In this document: positions 11,859-24,433 of the stretch, one piece after another
Layout: each line of letters begins with the position of its first letter
Position numbering within the stretch: position 1 is the stretch's first letter
Assembly (NCBI GenBank): GCA_964016885.1
Contig: OZ024744.1
Location: forward strand, 103,974,001-104,038,000
Length of the DNA stretch: 64,000 nt
Origin: Eledone cirrhosa
Taxonomy: Eukaryota
Direction of reading: 5' to 3'
Translations under genes and position numbers: made by a program
The notes under the pieces: model-generated
Database searches by the model: none
Told to the model about the DNA's origin: nothing
Seen by the model: the letters and a program-made list of their open reading frames with translations, nothing else

Positions 11859-12797
11859 CAGAATCGGCAACCTCCGGTCCGCGGGCCACATCCGGCCCTC
11901 GAGTGATTTTTTTCCGGCCCGCCATTTTACACTGGACACTAATTATCTAATTAGTATCGAATACAGATACAGTAGTTCACTTCAAGGTTGTGCCGACCTG
12001 ATGTCCATCACAAATCGCTGCTCATACCGCCTTTAAATCTTATTATATTTTCCATTTATTATTATTTCCTCTTATCCATCTTTTTCTGGGCTTTCCACCA
12101 AGCATTATATCACCTGTATTATTATTTCCTGTGATTTCATGTATGTGTTTTTGTTCCAGTCAACAAATACAAATGTTGGCTGGAAGTATGCATTTTCGTC
12201 AGCGACTGGAAGGTATACTACCTTACGGTTCGCATGACTCGCTTTTATACCCATATTGTCATTCAATAAAATCACTTGTGAATTATTGACGTCTACGTTT
12301 GCCTGACCTTACCTTTGCCCCCCCCCCCCCTCCCCCATACAAGGTAAAGCTGTCCTTGGAAAAATTACTTCGTTCCCTCCTCCCCAGAGTATTTTCATTT
12401 GAGTTTGTTGTGGTATAACAACTATACAGTAAGTATTTTTATTCGATAATAACGTTTATTTAATTGTTTGTGATAATTGTGTGAATTATTATTATTAGAA
12501 TTAGGCCAAAAGTGGTTTAAAAAAACAAATGGCGACCCTGATCTAACAACGTCGTTAGAAACCTGGTTTTATATAATTTATTCACAATTATCATATTTTA
12601 TCGCATTACTGTATTTGCATTTACATTTGTTTTCATTGTTTCTTATTTCTTCATTCTGATTAGTATACTTTTTGTTCTTTTTCCTTTCCATAAATCTTTT
12701 TTGTTTGAACATAAACAAGCCCATGGAAGCTAAGAAAAGAAAAGTGGATTTGGAGTGCCGAACTTTTAACGATGGCTGGACACTTAGCTATTTATAG
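11859..12797 (+). mobile_element. 5' end of a hAT (Charlie/SPIN/GTF2IRD2-like) transposon, truncated
   Basis: Terminus cagaatcggcaacctccggtccgcgggccacatccggccc. The ATG at 12723 encodes MEAKKRKVDLECRTFNDGWTLSY, the typical transposase N-terminus. Cut off where the CRE-like element begins. Confidence 0.75.
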
Positions 12798-12799
12798 AC

Positions 12800-15700
12800 T
12801 CTATACGATACGATGTCAACTAGTCTTCTACCAGCATCTAGAAAATACATTTTATTTCTTCCATTGCATAAACTGAAACTATGAAATGAGTTTATAGATC
12901 TGATAAGTAAACTAATCAATGTAACAAACGATATTGAATCTGTAAAAGTCGCTATTTGAAAACTCTCAAATGTCACTTGTGTAGCCGAAGCTATCAGAGG
13001 AGTTGACATTGCTAAGATTCAAGCTGAAAGTTTTTCAAACTGGGCTTGTAACCAATGACACTTCAGCGCCAACATACTTCACGGCGCAGAACCTTGCTCC
13101 AATGACCAGCTTCCTGTTGAGGATTTTGCCGCTGCCCTTCAGGGCTTATCCATGTTGAGCCTCATCAACCAAATCCCAAAGGGGACCCGGAATTGTTACG
13201 TCCATGCTTTCTCCAAACTGTTGAAGAACGTCTGTCTATCCAACAACACATTAGATTGGCAGACACTTTTCTTATTCCCTCTTGTTTCTCTCCATATGAA
13301 AACCGGATCCTTCACATTTTCCCTAAAACGACAGCTTGATCTGTTTGAGCCAACCCCAACCACTGTTCATCTTGGGTTGGTAACCAGAACAATTCCTAAC
13401 GTTGGAAAATCACCAAACTTAAAGAAAGCTGTCAATGTCAAATTCAACAAATATGACATTAAACTGACTAATCGCCTCCCTTATTCTCTGACCTCCTTCG
13501 CCCAATGTAGTACAGACTCTCTCGAACAATTGAGAGATAAATATTCTGTGACTCCTCCAGAAAACTGTTTACACTGACCCGACCCATCAGGTTATTTACA
13601 ACCAGTTTACACCTCGGATAACATCAGGAAGTCTATTGCATATTTTCCTGTGAGTTCTGGTGCGGGGATTGGTGGTCTACGACCTCAACATCTTAAGGAT
13701 GGTATCTCCTTGGCAGTCGGTGATACCGGATTCGCGCTTTTGAAGAGTCTGACCAGTTTGTCAACATGTTTTCGTCCAAGATTGTCCTATATTTGCCCCT
13801 TGTTTTTTTTTGGGGGGGGGGGGGATAAACTATTTAGTCTTATAAAGCCCAATGCACTTCGCGACGACTCACGACGAACTCACAGCGAAAGTGTGTCTGT
13901 CATCGGTTTCAAATTGTCTATCAGCATGTCTTCTGAGACCCCAAAGGTTATCCTCAAATTGGATTTGAATGTATGGTATCTTGATGATGCTTGTTAGGGT
14001 GGGGGAGTTCTCCAGATAAGGTCCTTGCAACTGAAAGGACGATGATTGGCGAAGTTGGTCGTAGTGGCCTTCACGCCAACAGTTCCAAATGCGAGCTCTG
14101 ACTCCTCAACAAACCAGCTTCACATCAATAGACTGTAGACAGAATCCTTTCCATCTATCGTCGTACCTCCCTTTTCGATATGGTGCTCCATAGGATCTCC
14201 AATTACTGACCGAGCTTTCGAGTCCATCGTTCAATCCAAGTTGGCTAACATCGAGCAACTACTAAAATAGCTTGAGGTAATTGAGCACCACCAAGGTTTT
14301 TTTTTATACCTAGGAATTACTTGTTGATTCATAAATTATTGTATTTCCTCAGAGTTAGTCACTCTTACAGATTCTCGTTGTCTCTGAAACGCTTTGATGA
14401 CCTAATCTTCAGTGATCTTGAAGGCTTGCTCAACGTCCGACTCTCTCAAGCCTCGTGACCTCGCTGCTTTTCCTCAACGATTTTGTAGGTTTAGCTTTGC
14501 GTAAATGCTTATCTCCGTTTCTTTCCTCCACCCACGTTTGTTCTTCTTTGGTAGGTAACATCCTCTCTTCTCCAACATGGATAGTTACAACAGGAAGCTG
14601 GATGCAGCTCTACTACAATGGAGGGAGCTAAATTTGTAAGGTCCCGGTACAGAGGATGGACTGATACAAAGAGTTTGGGACAATCTATGTTCGAGACACT
14701 TTCACCTGATCAATACCCAAGGTGTCGCCTACTTTCCGCAAGCGCAAAATTCTCGGGGGACTGGGTTGAAGCCCTTCCCGTAGCCAACACTGGTGGTCTA
14801 CTCAGTCAGGATGGGCTCTGCATCTCTGTTACCCTCAGAGTGGGAACTGATGTCTGTGGGGACTGAAATGTTGCTGTAGTAGGTCCCTTGACTCCACGGT
14901 TTGTCTCACCGTCTGAATGCTGGTCGCTTCGCTCGCTACACACAGTTAAACCTGGTCATTAAGAGGGCCCCAGCTCGGGTAAACATCCCCTCAGTTCTGG
15001 GATACCACAGTCAGCGACTCTTTTGCTCACGCCCACATCCTGGATACTGCAGTAAATGAGAAGATCACTGCTTCCGTTACTGAACGGAATAAAACCCGAA
15101 AATACTGGGAACTATCAAACAATTATTTTTTCCAGACTGTGGTGGTCGAGACGTTTGGTAGAATTGAGCAGCTAACAGGAAAGTTCTTGTCATCGTTGGT
15201 GGCTCGCTTTACCGAGGTATCAGTTGATTCCCGTGAGGGTGTCTGGTTGTTTCAGCACCTTAACCCTGCCATCACCTTACCGAGGTATCAGTTGATTCCC
15301 GTGAGGGTGTCTGGTTGTTTCAGCACCTTAACCCTGCCATCACCTTACCGAGGTATCAGTTGATTCCCGTGAAGGTGTCTGGTTGTTTCAGTGTCTTAGC
15401 CTCGCCATCACCTTACCGAGGTATCAGGTAATTCCCGTGAGGGTGCTTGGTTGTTTCAGCACCTTAACCCTGCCATCACCATACCGAGGTATCAGTTGAT
15501 TCCCGTGAGGGTGTCTGGTTGTATCAGCACCTTAACCCTGCCATCACCTTACCGAGGTATCAGGTAATTCCCGTGAGGGTGTCTGGTTGTTTCAGCACCT
15601 TAACCCTGCCATCACCTTACCGAGGTATCAGTTGATTCCCGTGAAGGTGTCTGGTTGTTTCAGCACCTTAACCCTGCCATCACCTTACCGAGGTATCAGT

Positions 15701-17690
15701 TGATTCCCGTGAAGGTGTCTGGTTGTTTCAGCACCTTAACCCTGCCATCACCTTACCGAGGTATCAGTTGATTCCCGTGAGGGTGTCTGGTTGTTTCAGC
15801 ACCTTAACCCTGCCATCACCTTACCGAGGTATCAGTTGATTCCCGTGAGGGTGTCTGGTTGTATCAGCACCTTAACCCTGCCATAACCTTACCGAGGTAT
15901 CAGTTGATTCCCGTGAGGGTGCTTGGTTGTTTCTGCACCTTAACCCTGCCATCACCTTACCGAGGTATCAGTTGATTCCCGTGAGGGTGTCTGGTTGTTT
16001 CAGCACCTTAACCCTGCCATCACCTTACCGAGGTATCAGTTGATTCCCGTGAGGGTGTCTGGTTGTATCAGCACCTTAACCCTGCCATCACCTTACCGAG
16101 GTATCAGTTGATTCCCGTGAGGGTGCTTGGTTGTTTCAGCACCTTAACCCTGCCATCACCTTACCGAGGTATCAGTTGATTCCCGTGAGGGTGTCTGGTT
16201 GTTTCAGCACCTTAACCCTGCCATCACCTTACCGAGGTATCAGTTGATTCCCGTGAGGGTGTCTGGTTGTTTCAGCACCTTAACCCTGCCATCACCTTAC
16301 CGAGGTATCAGTTGATTCCCGTGAGGGTGCTTGGTTGTTTCAGCACCTTAACCCTGCCATCACCTTACCGAGGTATCAGTTGATTCCCGTGAGGGTGTCT
16401 GGTTGTTTCAGCACCTTAACCCTGCCATCACCTTACCGAGGTATCAGTTGATTCCCGTGAGGGTGTCTGGTTGTATCAGCACCTTAACCCTGCCATCACC
16501 TTACCGAGGTATCAGTTGATTCCCGTGAGGGTGTCTGGTTGTATCAGCACCTTAACCCTGCCATCACCTTACCGAGGTATCAGTTCATTCCCGTGAGGGT
16601 GTCTGGTTGTTTCAGCACCTTAACCCTGCCATCACCTTACCGAGGTATCAGTTGATTCCCGTGAGGGTGCTTGGTTGTTTCAGCACCTTAACCCTGCCAT
16701 CACCTTACCGAGGTATCAGTTGATTCCCGTGAAGGTGTCTGGTTGTTTCAGCACCTTAACCCTGCCATCACCATACCGAGGTATCAGTTGATTCCCGTGA
16801 GGGTGCTTGGTTGTTTCAGCACCTTAACCCTGCCATCACCTTACCGAGGTATCAGTTGATTCCCGTGAGGGTGTCTGGTTGTTTCAGCACCTTAACCCTG
16901 CCATCACCTTACCGAGGTATCAGTTGATTCCCGTGAGGGTGTCTGGTTGTTTCAGCACCTTAACCCTGCCATCACCTTACCGAGGTATCAGTTGATTCCC
17001 GTGAGGGTGTCTGGTTGTTTCAGCACCTTAACCCTGCCATCACCTTACCGAGGTATCAGTTGATTCCCGTGAGGGTGTCTGGTTGTTTCAGCACCTTAAC
17101 CCTGCCATCACCTTACCGAGGTATCAGTTGATTCCCGTGAGGGTGTCTGGTTGTTTCAGCACCTTAACCCTGCCATCACCTTACCGAGGTATCAGTTGAT
17201 TCCCGTGAGGGTGTCTGGTTGTTTCAGCACCTTAACCCTGCCATCACCTTACCGAGGTATCAGTTGATTCCCGTGAGGGTGTCTGGTTGTTTCAGCACCT
17301 TAACCCTGCCATCACCTTACCGAGGTATCAGTTGATTCCCGTGAGGGTGTCTGGTTGTTTCAGCACCTTAACCCTGCCATCACCTTACCGAGGTATCAAT
17401 TGATTCCCGTGAGGGTGTCTGGTTGTTTCAGCACCTTAACCCTGCCATCACCTTACCGAGGTATCAGTTGATTCCCGTGAGGGTGCTTGGTTGTTTCAGT
17501 GTCTTAGCGTCGCCATCAACTGGCCTTACCGAGGTATCAGGGGATGCCTGGTTGTTTCGGTGCCTTAGCCACGTTATCACACGCAGTAATGCTGCCAGTG
17601 TGTTGGCTTGCCTCAAAACATTCCGTTGACTCTTGTGGTGTGCGGTCGATTGTCCGTGCTTGATGGTAGTTTTTGTTTTTTCGCTTTGAT
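12800..17690 (+). mobile_element. Decayed CRE-like non-LTR retrotransposon (RT + RLE), split by a 68-bp array
   Basis: IPKGTR; SSGAGIGGLRPQHLKD; LNVWYLDDA (RT); SGDWVEALP; degenerate CCHC region; ERNKTRKY; VVETFG; ends HVITRSNAASVLACL* at 17629. Multiple stops and deletions. Confidence 0.85.
15209..17520 (+). repeat. 68-bp minisatellite, ~34 copies, derived from the retrotransposon ORF
   Basis: Unit ttaccgaggtatcagttgattcccgtgagggtgtctggttgtttcagcaccttaaccctgccatcacc. Confidence 0.97.
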
Positions 17691-17904
17691 TATATATTTA
17701 TAAGGTTCCTAGCAATAATTAATTGGTTATATGTATGTATTTCTATTTGATATAAATGTAATAGAAAGTTCTTTTTATAAAAACGAATAATATAACACAC
17801 GAAAAATAAAAATAAAATGGTAAAGAAAACTCCGAATGAGTGGGACAGTAATACAAAAAGAAGATTGAACAAAGTTGTATATGAAACTGTGTATAAATGG
17901 CGAG

Positions 17905-18602
17905 ATCTCCCTCTCAATGTCTCGGCGCATGTTCACTTCTTGTCCCAGGTAGACGTATTCCTCCACCATTCGACCTGTTGGTACGTTGTCGGTTCATCTT
18001 GAGGCCTACTGCAGAGCCTTTGATGTCGAACTCCGTCAGCTTGGTCTGAAGCTGATCTGTGGTTTCAGCGATGAGTATGATGTCATCAGCAAAACGGAGG
18101 TGGGTAAGTATCTCGCCGTTGATGTTGACACCACCTTGCCAGTCAATGCCTCTGATGATCTGCTCGAGACATGTGATGAAAAGTTTTGGAGAGATCGTAT
18201 CTCCTTGCTTCACTCTCTTCTCGACCGGCACTCGTACGGGTGATGACAGCAGAGCTATGTCGGTGGTGCATCCGGAACTCGCCTCCCTGAGCAGTTGAAC
18301 GTATTGCGCTCCGACTCCTTGCCTCTGCAGCGAGTTCAGCACTGCGTTGATTTCGACGCTGTCGAAGGCCTTCTCGTAGTCTACGAACGCGACGCAAAGA
18401 GGCATCTTGTACTCTTTTGATCGTTCAAGCAGTTGTGTCAGAGTAAATATGTGGTCCATTGTGCTGTAGTTTTTCCGGAAGCCGGCTTGCTCTCTCGGTT
18501 GCTGCTTGTCCAGATGACGTGATAACCTGTTCAGGATTATCTTCGTGAACAGCTTGTACACGTGAGACAACAGGCATATGGGTCGGTAGTTCTTCAACAT
18601 CG
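17905..18602 (-). pseudogene. RTE-clade LINE reverse transcriptase fragment
   Basis: [42 protein letters not shown], then a frameshift into VEEYVYLGQ. The N-terminal part of the listed ORF is microsatellite read-through. Confidence 0.93.
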
Positions 18603-18651
18603 GAGGTGTTAGTCGTCGAAAAAACGTTTTCCTTTGTGTTGTATTTTTTGT

Positions 18652-18705
<54 letters not shown>

Positions 18706-18773
18706 AAGAAATACCAATGACGGCTGGAAGATCACTGGTGACGGACGCCTTGTCTTCTCGGTCTAATTTTATT

Positions 18774-18863
<90 letters not shown>

Positions 18864-18984
18864 GGAGGTGAGATTTATTGTAGTACAATAAAGCAATGCA
18901 GATATCGGATAAGAAGCACTCTACAGTTTGTGGGACTGGAGTATGCATAATATAAGATCAAAAGATGGTTAAAGGAGTTCAATA

Positions 18985-19055
18985 TATTTTATTATGCGCA
19001 TTTCAAAAACAAACATCATCAAACAATAATATTTGTGTTTTCATCAGATAAAACA
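18985..19055 (-). ncRNA. Type I hammerhead ribozyme motif (left arm of palindrome)
   Basis: Reverse complement of the 19198-19268 motif (tcatcag at 19041-19047, tttc at 19001-19004). Confidence 0.8.
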
Positions 19056-19197
19056 GGAGAACATGATATGAAGGCTAAAAAAACACTTGTTGATAGTGCA
19101 GTTTTAAATCAACATATCATGTTTTAAATCAACATATATGTTGATTTAAAACTGCACTATCAACAAGTGTTTTTTTAGCCTTCATATCATGTTCTCC

Positions 19198-19268
19198 TGT
19201 TTTATCTGATGAAAACACAAATATTATTGTTTGATGATGTTTGTTTTTGAAATGCGCATAATAAAATA
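19198..19268 (+). ncRNA. Type I hammerhead ribozyme motif (right arm of palindrome)
   Basis: Stem I tgttttat/ataaaata; CTGATGA at 19206-19212; 16-bp stem II with a gttt loop; GAAA at 19249-19252; perfect palindromic stem III atgcgcat; AUA. Confidence 0.8.
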
Positions 19269-19322
19269 TATTGAACTCCTTTAACCATCTTTTGATCTTA
19301 TATTATATATATATATATATAT

Positions 19323-19359
<37 letters not shown>

Positions 19360-20503
19360 CTATAGGACTAGAAACCATCAGGAATGCCAGATATACATCG
19401 GGAGACTTTCAGATATATGAAACAATCATACAAACTGGGAAATTTGTGTTTAGATAAATTTAAGGTTTCCATGTGAGATACCCTATAGTTTATGTTGGTT
19501 ATTGATACGTAGAAATGATTAAAGATAAGAATGATATTTTAATTTATGTTCAGCATGTATGTACACAGGATAAATATATTAGTAACTTTGAAGTAATAAT
19601 TATTTACAGGGACAGGTGTAAGGTTAGAACCCAGGACCTTGTCATTGGAAAGTGAACTTCGTATTGTAAGAAGATGGCTGAGATAGGAAATGTGTTGTGC
19701 GTAAGTTTATGAGTGTATATTTTAGAGTTACAGACGAATATATTATAAACAAACACACGTGGCGTATTATTTTAGTTGATTAAGTAGCATGTGCGTCTGT
19801 TCGAATTTTTCTACCAGCGTTGTTTTTAAATGTTTGCAGGATGACGTGACAAACAATCTGGTTAAAGTCAATGTCCTGAGTGTTAAAAATATATCGATTC
19901 AGTGTCTGTTGCGAGTCTATTCAGATTTTATAACTGAGAAGTTCCATGACACAGGAAACCATTTTATATAGCAGGCTGTCTCTCAGAAACTGCAATATAG
20001 ATGCTCATAAAAAAAAGTGATTTAACGGATAGCTTGTCTTTGTCGTCACCATCTCACACAAGATCTAGGAAAGCATTGGAAAGCATTGCGACAGGCAGGA
20101 TTCATTTTAAACTCCAGAGATTAAAGAGAGACGAAGGGAAGAAGGAAAAATCCTGTCGCTAGAACGGGTCTATCTGTGTCCAATTTTCTCAAGAGTGTGT
20201 AGGTCTAAGATGGGACTTTGATGTCATCACAGCTCACCTGGATTCGAAAAAATAAAAAATAAAAAATAAAAATAAAATGTCATACATTATGAAAACATCG
20301 CTACTCAGAAAATGTTTAAGTTTCTTTGTTGGTGATTCGTAAAATAAACCTTGACAATTCCGAAATACATACAATACTTTACTAATAATGTAACACGATG
20401 CATAAGAATGTAAGAAATTGTGTCAAAATCTAGAAGCTATTCAACAACATGTATTATCATATATAACATTCTCGATAAACACCTAACGACACTTCTAAAT
20501 AAC

Positions 20504-20516
20504 GTTGCTAAGACGC
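20504..20516 (+). promoter_or_regulatory. Candidate RFX X-box-like site upstream of the gene
   Basis: gttgctaagacgc contains a strong GTTGCTA half-site about 450 bp upstream of the ATG. GTAAGT donors at 20602 and 20740 could end a 5' UTR exon splicing to the acceptor at 20933. Confidence 0.3.
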
Positions 20517-20950
20517 TTTAGAGAAATCAACACTGAAATGGAATTAATTTAGTTTTGTCAATATAAAAAAAAAGGCGTGTAAAAACAGGTTTCTGTCTTA
20601 TGTAAGTGTTATTGTAAATTTAAGCTGTATAGCATCTACACAAGTTATAAAGTTGGGATATGTTTCATGTGTTGGAAGACAGAATCAGGGTCAACTTAGG
20701 TTAACCTTTAAACTAAATTGAACGGTGGAGGTGGTGGTGGTAAGTCATTACTGACAATGAACAAGTTTTAAAATTTTATATGATTGCCGTTAATTGGTTG
20801 TTGTTATTGTTGTCATACTTTCTTGTTGTTATTGTTGTTGTTGTTGTTGCTGTTCTTTGTTGTTGTTGATTGTTATTGGTCATTGTTAAACTGTTGTTGT
20901 TTAGACATTTGATTTCAATATTTCTCATTGTAGAAGAAGAAAGAAAAAAC

Positions 20951-21262
20951 ATGTTACCTTTATTGAATTTGGAAAAGGTTCGAGTCAGATCTGCAAGTGG
21001 AAAATGTCAGTCGGGAACAGAGATTGTTGGTACTTCAAGGGTGATACCAAATGAAGAGTTCGATGTTTTTGCAGAGTTTAATAAATCAAAAATACCATCA
21101 AGGCCACGCACTACATCATTTGACGAGGAATGGAATATAGTTAAACAAGCTAAATCAGATATTCAACTTGCTGATGTCGCTTGGCGGCGTGTAACAGTTA
21201 AATCCCTCAATGATATGCTACTAGGCACCACCCTATTCCCGGGAAAATCTGCAAAGGAAAAG
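20951..21262 (+). CDS. Coding exon 1 of an EF-hand + WD40 protein (WDR49/EFCAB8/WDY-like): MLPLLNLEK...PGKSAKEK
   Basis: Acceptor tttctcattgtag ends at 20933, ATG at 20951, 104 open codons, donor AAG|gtaaaa at 21263 (phase 0). Joins exon 2 in frame (KEK|IESK). The N-terminal sequence itself is not recognisable. Confidence 0.7.
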
Positions 21263-21949
21263 GTAAAACTTTTAAATACTATTTTTATTGATTGATCAAA
21301 TTAACACGGCCATGTCTTAAATTTCATTTTAAAGTCTTGTATGTGCTGACACTATTACTGCTTCTTGTTGCTGTTATTGGTGGTGGTGCTGCTGTTGCTA
21401 CTGTTGTAAAGTTATATTCTGGCAGACGTATCAAACACCGTGACAATATTGTTTTTTTTTTTCATTTATAGTGTATTTAAAATGACATTATCTATTGTAT
21501 CATTCCATTTCTTAAGGTAGTGGAGTATAATTCCAGGTGGACTTGACTGCTATTGCTGGCAGATTGAGTGACTGCGTGGTTGGTGCCCCTGTAGAGTAGC
21601 TGAGGGGTGGAGGGAATCCGCCCCGTCAAACAGTGGCGTCATCTTCTGGTATGTTGTATAAATCAGTATAGCCATATACAGTACAATATGTATTTAAATA
21701 GGGATCGCCAACTGAAGGGTTGCTCCATGCGGCTCATACGTTTCTGTGGTTTCCTCATTGATTTATATCATCATCTAATCACTATCCAAGAAAGAAGTGC
21801 TATCTCATTTATATTCAGCCAATGAAACAATACTCTGTGTTTTTGTATGTTTTGCAGACCCTCCCAAAGTAAAACAAAACTCTCTTTTTCTTTTGGGGAA
21901 AGCAGAGAATGTTGATCAATTTTATCCATAAATCGTTGATCTATGCAAA

Positions 21950-22305
21950 GAGGGTAAAGGGTACAGACCCCCTTGGGTCACGAATGGTTATGGGATTTGT
22001 ACCTAGAAAGTTTCCCTTAAAGACACAAGTCAGGGCAAGATAGTTTGTGGAAAACCAGCAGTCGCCCAGTCTTCTCTCTCCATGCAACCGATGTTGTCTA
22101 AGGGAAAGGGAAAGCTTGGAAGATAAAGACCAAATCAGCTAGGCCAGTGACATCACAGCTTATTTCTACAGCTGAGTAAACTGGAACAACATGAAATAAA
22201 GTGTCTTGTTCAAGGACAAAACACAGAACCCGGACGGGGAATCGAACTCACAACCTTCCACTTGCAAGCTCAACGCTCTAACCTCTAAGCCATGCGCCTT
22301 CACGT
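21950..22305 (-). mobile_element. tRNA-derived SINE family B
   Basis: The reverse strand gives ggcgcatggcttagaggttagagcg...gagttcgattcccc...gtgttttgtccttgaacaagacactttatttca, homologous to the head of the 27300 copy. Confidence 0.8.
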
Positions 22306-23337
22306 GATCTATGTAACAAACCAATATTTAGTTGAGTGTTTCAGTGAGTTAGGCTTGTAATAACAATTTAAAAGTAAGATATATTGTATTCCACTTGCCA
22401 TTTATTTTATTAACAAAGTAAATTTTTTGAGATGTTGTCATGTATATATCGACAATTAACAAAGTAAATGGAAATGGTTGACTAAGAAAAAAAAAGAAAA
22501 AACAGACTTACACACTAAAGCAGGCAACGTTGGCGTTTCTCTCTGGGAAACATACACCTATAACTTCATACTTATTGTCCCACTCCCCAGAGTTGAGAGG
22601 GCTCTATAGTTGGGTCTATGACCAACAACCTCTCTAGTGATGATGCCACAAAAATACACGGTACACTCCGTAAGGTTGGTTGGAAACAGGAAGGGCACCC
22701 CGCTATAGAAACTTTGCCTAAAAATGTTCAGAGGACCCTTCAGTTGTGTCAAAGACTCAGCAACCTCTCTAGTGTTGGTGATCAATACAATGAATGCACT
22801 CAATACATGCTATATAGAGGTTGGTGGTAGAAAAAGAATCCAGCTTGCTAAACATAGGTTGGGAGAACCATTTAGTTGTGTCAAGGACATGACAGCCTGC
22901 CTAGTGTTGGTGATCACAATAAACGCACCCAGTACACACTGGTTGGTGTAAGAAAAGGGCATCCAGCCGTATCTATTGATGGTGGTAGTGAGATATGAAG
23001 GGATATTCATGATGGTGGTGAAATATATAGATATTGATGATGGTGGTGAGATATATAGAGATAATACTGATAGTAGTGGTGTGGTAGTGAGAAAGAGGAA
23101 ATATATAGGGATTGATGGTGGTGGTGATTATATATATATATATACACCATTTTGTCCCACCCTTGCAATCAAGGAAATGCGGACGTAATATTATGATGAT
23201 GATGATGATGATGATATATGTACTTCGTTTTTTAATTTGTTTTGCAATATTTATCTGAAAACGTGTGTTGAAACAGATATTGTCATACTTTGGGAGCGTC
23301 ATGTTGCCAATAAAAACACACTTCAATCTATTATAAA

Positions 23338-23970
23338 CTAGCCGAATTACCCGCGCCTTGCTGCGTTTCACACATTTTTTTTTTAATAAGAAAATGGTGA
23401 TTGATTTTAAATCAGTGATATAATTTATGGAGAAAAACTCTGCATTTCAACATTACTCAATGTAAAATGTAATGCATGAAAAATTGGAAAACATTATTTT
23501 TTGTAATATATCAAATCAAAATTACATTATTAAATCTTATTCTTATTTTATTTCTTGTAAATGATTTTTTTCAAAATATCAATTCAAAACTTTTGTGAAT
23601 AGGCTGCATATCTTGTCATATAAATCGAAGGGAAAAAATTTTCAGCACGGTTTTGTGCCTCTGGGGAACCCTAATAGGGGGTTTAATCCCCATTAGGGTG
23701 TCTTAATATTATTGAAATTTGCTGAAATTCTGTGAATAGGCATCATATCTTGTCATTTACCGATGGTTTAAATTTCATATAAATCGAAGGGAAAACATTT
23801 TCACCGGGGGTATGAACTCTCGGGGAACCCTTTGATTAAAATGAAATGTATGTAAGAAATAAAATGGGCATGAGCCCCCACACACGTGTCAAGTTTCATC
23901 TAGATCGGTTTGGTAGTTTTTTGAGTTGTAGGTTCACAAACAGACATAAATTGCCATTTATGTATATAGA
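23338..23970 (-). mobile_element. Non-autonomous Helitron-like element (Lep1-type)
   Basis: On the - strand it begins A|TCTATATAC and ends ...cgcgggtaattcggCTAG|T, with a GC-rich subterminal segment. Internal aagtttcat..gatcgg motif and a duplicated internal block. Confidence 0.65.
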
Positions 23971-24195
23971 TTTCCAGTTGGTTAGTTGGTTCGATAACCG
24001 GAAGGTTGTTTACATATTGTCAAAACTCTTTCGTCACACATTCTGTGACCTCCTCAGTGACTGGGTTTTTATTTTATGTATCCTTTGTTTTGTCCCACAC
24101 CATCTTGTCTTTGTGTATTGTGTGCTCAGTATATAAGGATATTGATGGTGGTGGTGATGTTGAGATATATAGAGATATTGATGGTGGTGGTGGCA

Positions 24196-24255
<60 letters not shown>

Positions 24256-24433
24256 GATAGATAGATAGGTAGATAAAGATAGATAGTGATTGCATAGAAA
24301 GGGTGAAATATGTGAAGCTATACAGCAAGTTCATAGTAAATGGTGGTGATGGTATCGACATATGGTGGTAGTAAATGGTTGGTGATAGTAGTATGGGCAT
24401 GGGTGTATAAACCTATAATGATAAGCTACAATG

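Larger units (their letters stand above)
18947..19306. repeat. Near-perfect palindrome with ~170-bp arms, each carrying a hammerhead
   Basis: 18947-19117 is the reverse complement of ~19137-19306. The centre holds a short duplication of ttttaaatcaacatat. (TA)n lies immediately on the right and about 90 bp away on the left. Confidence 0.95.
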
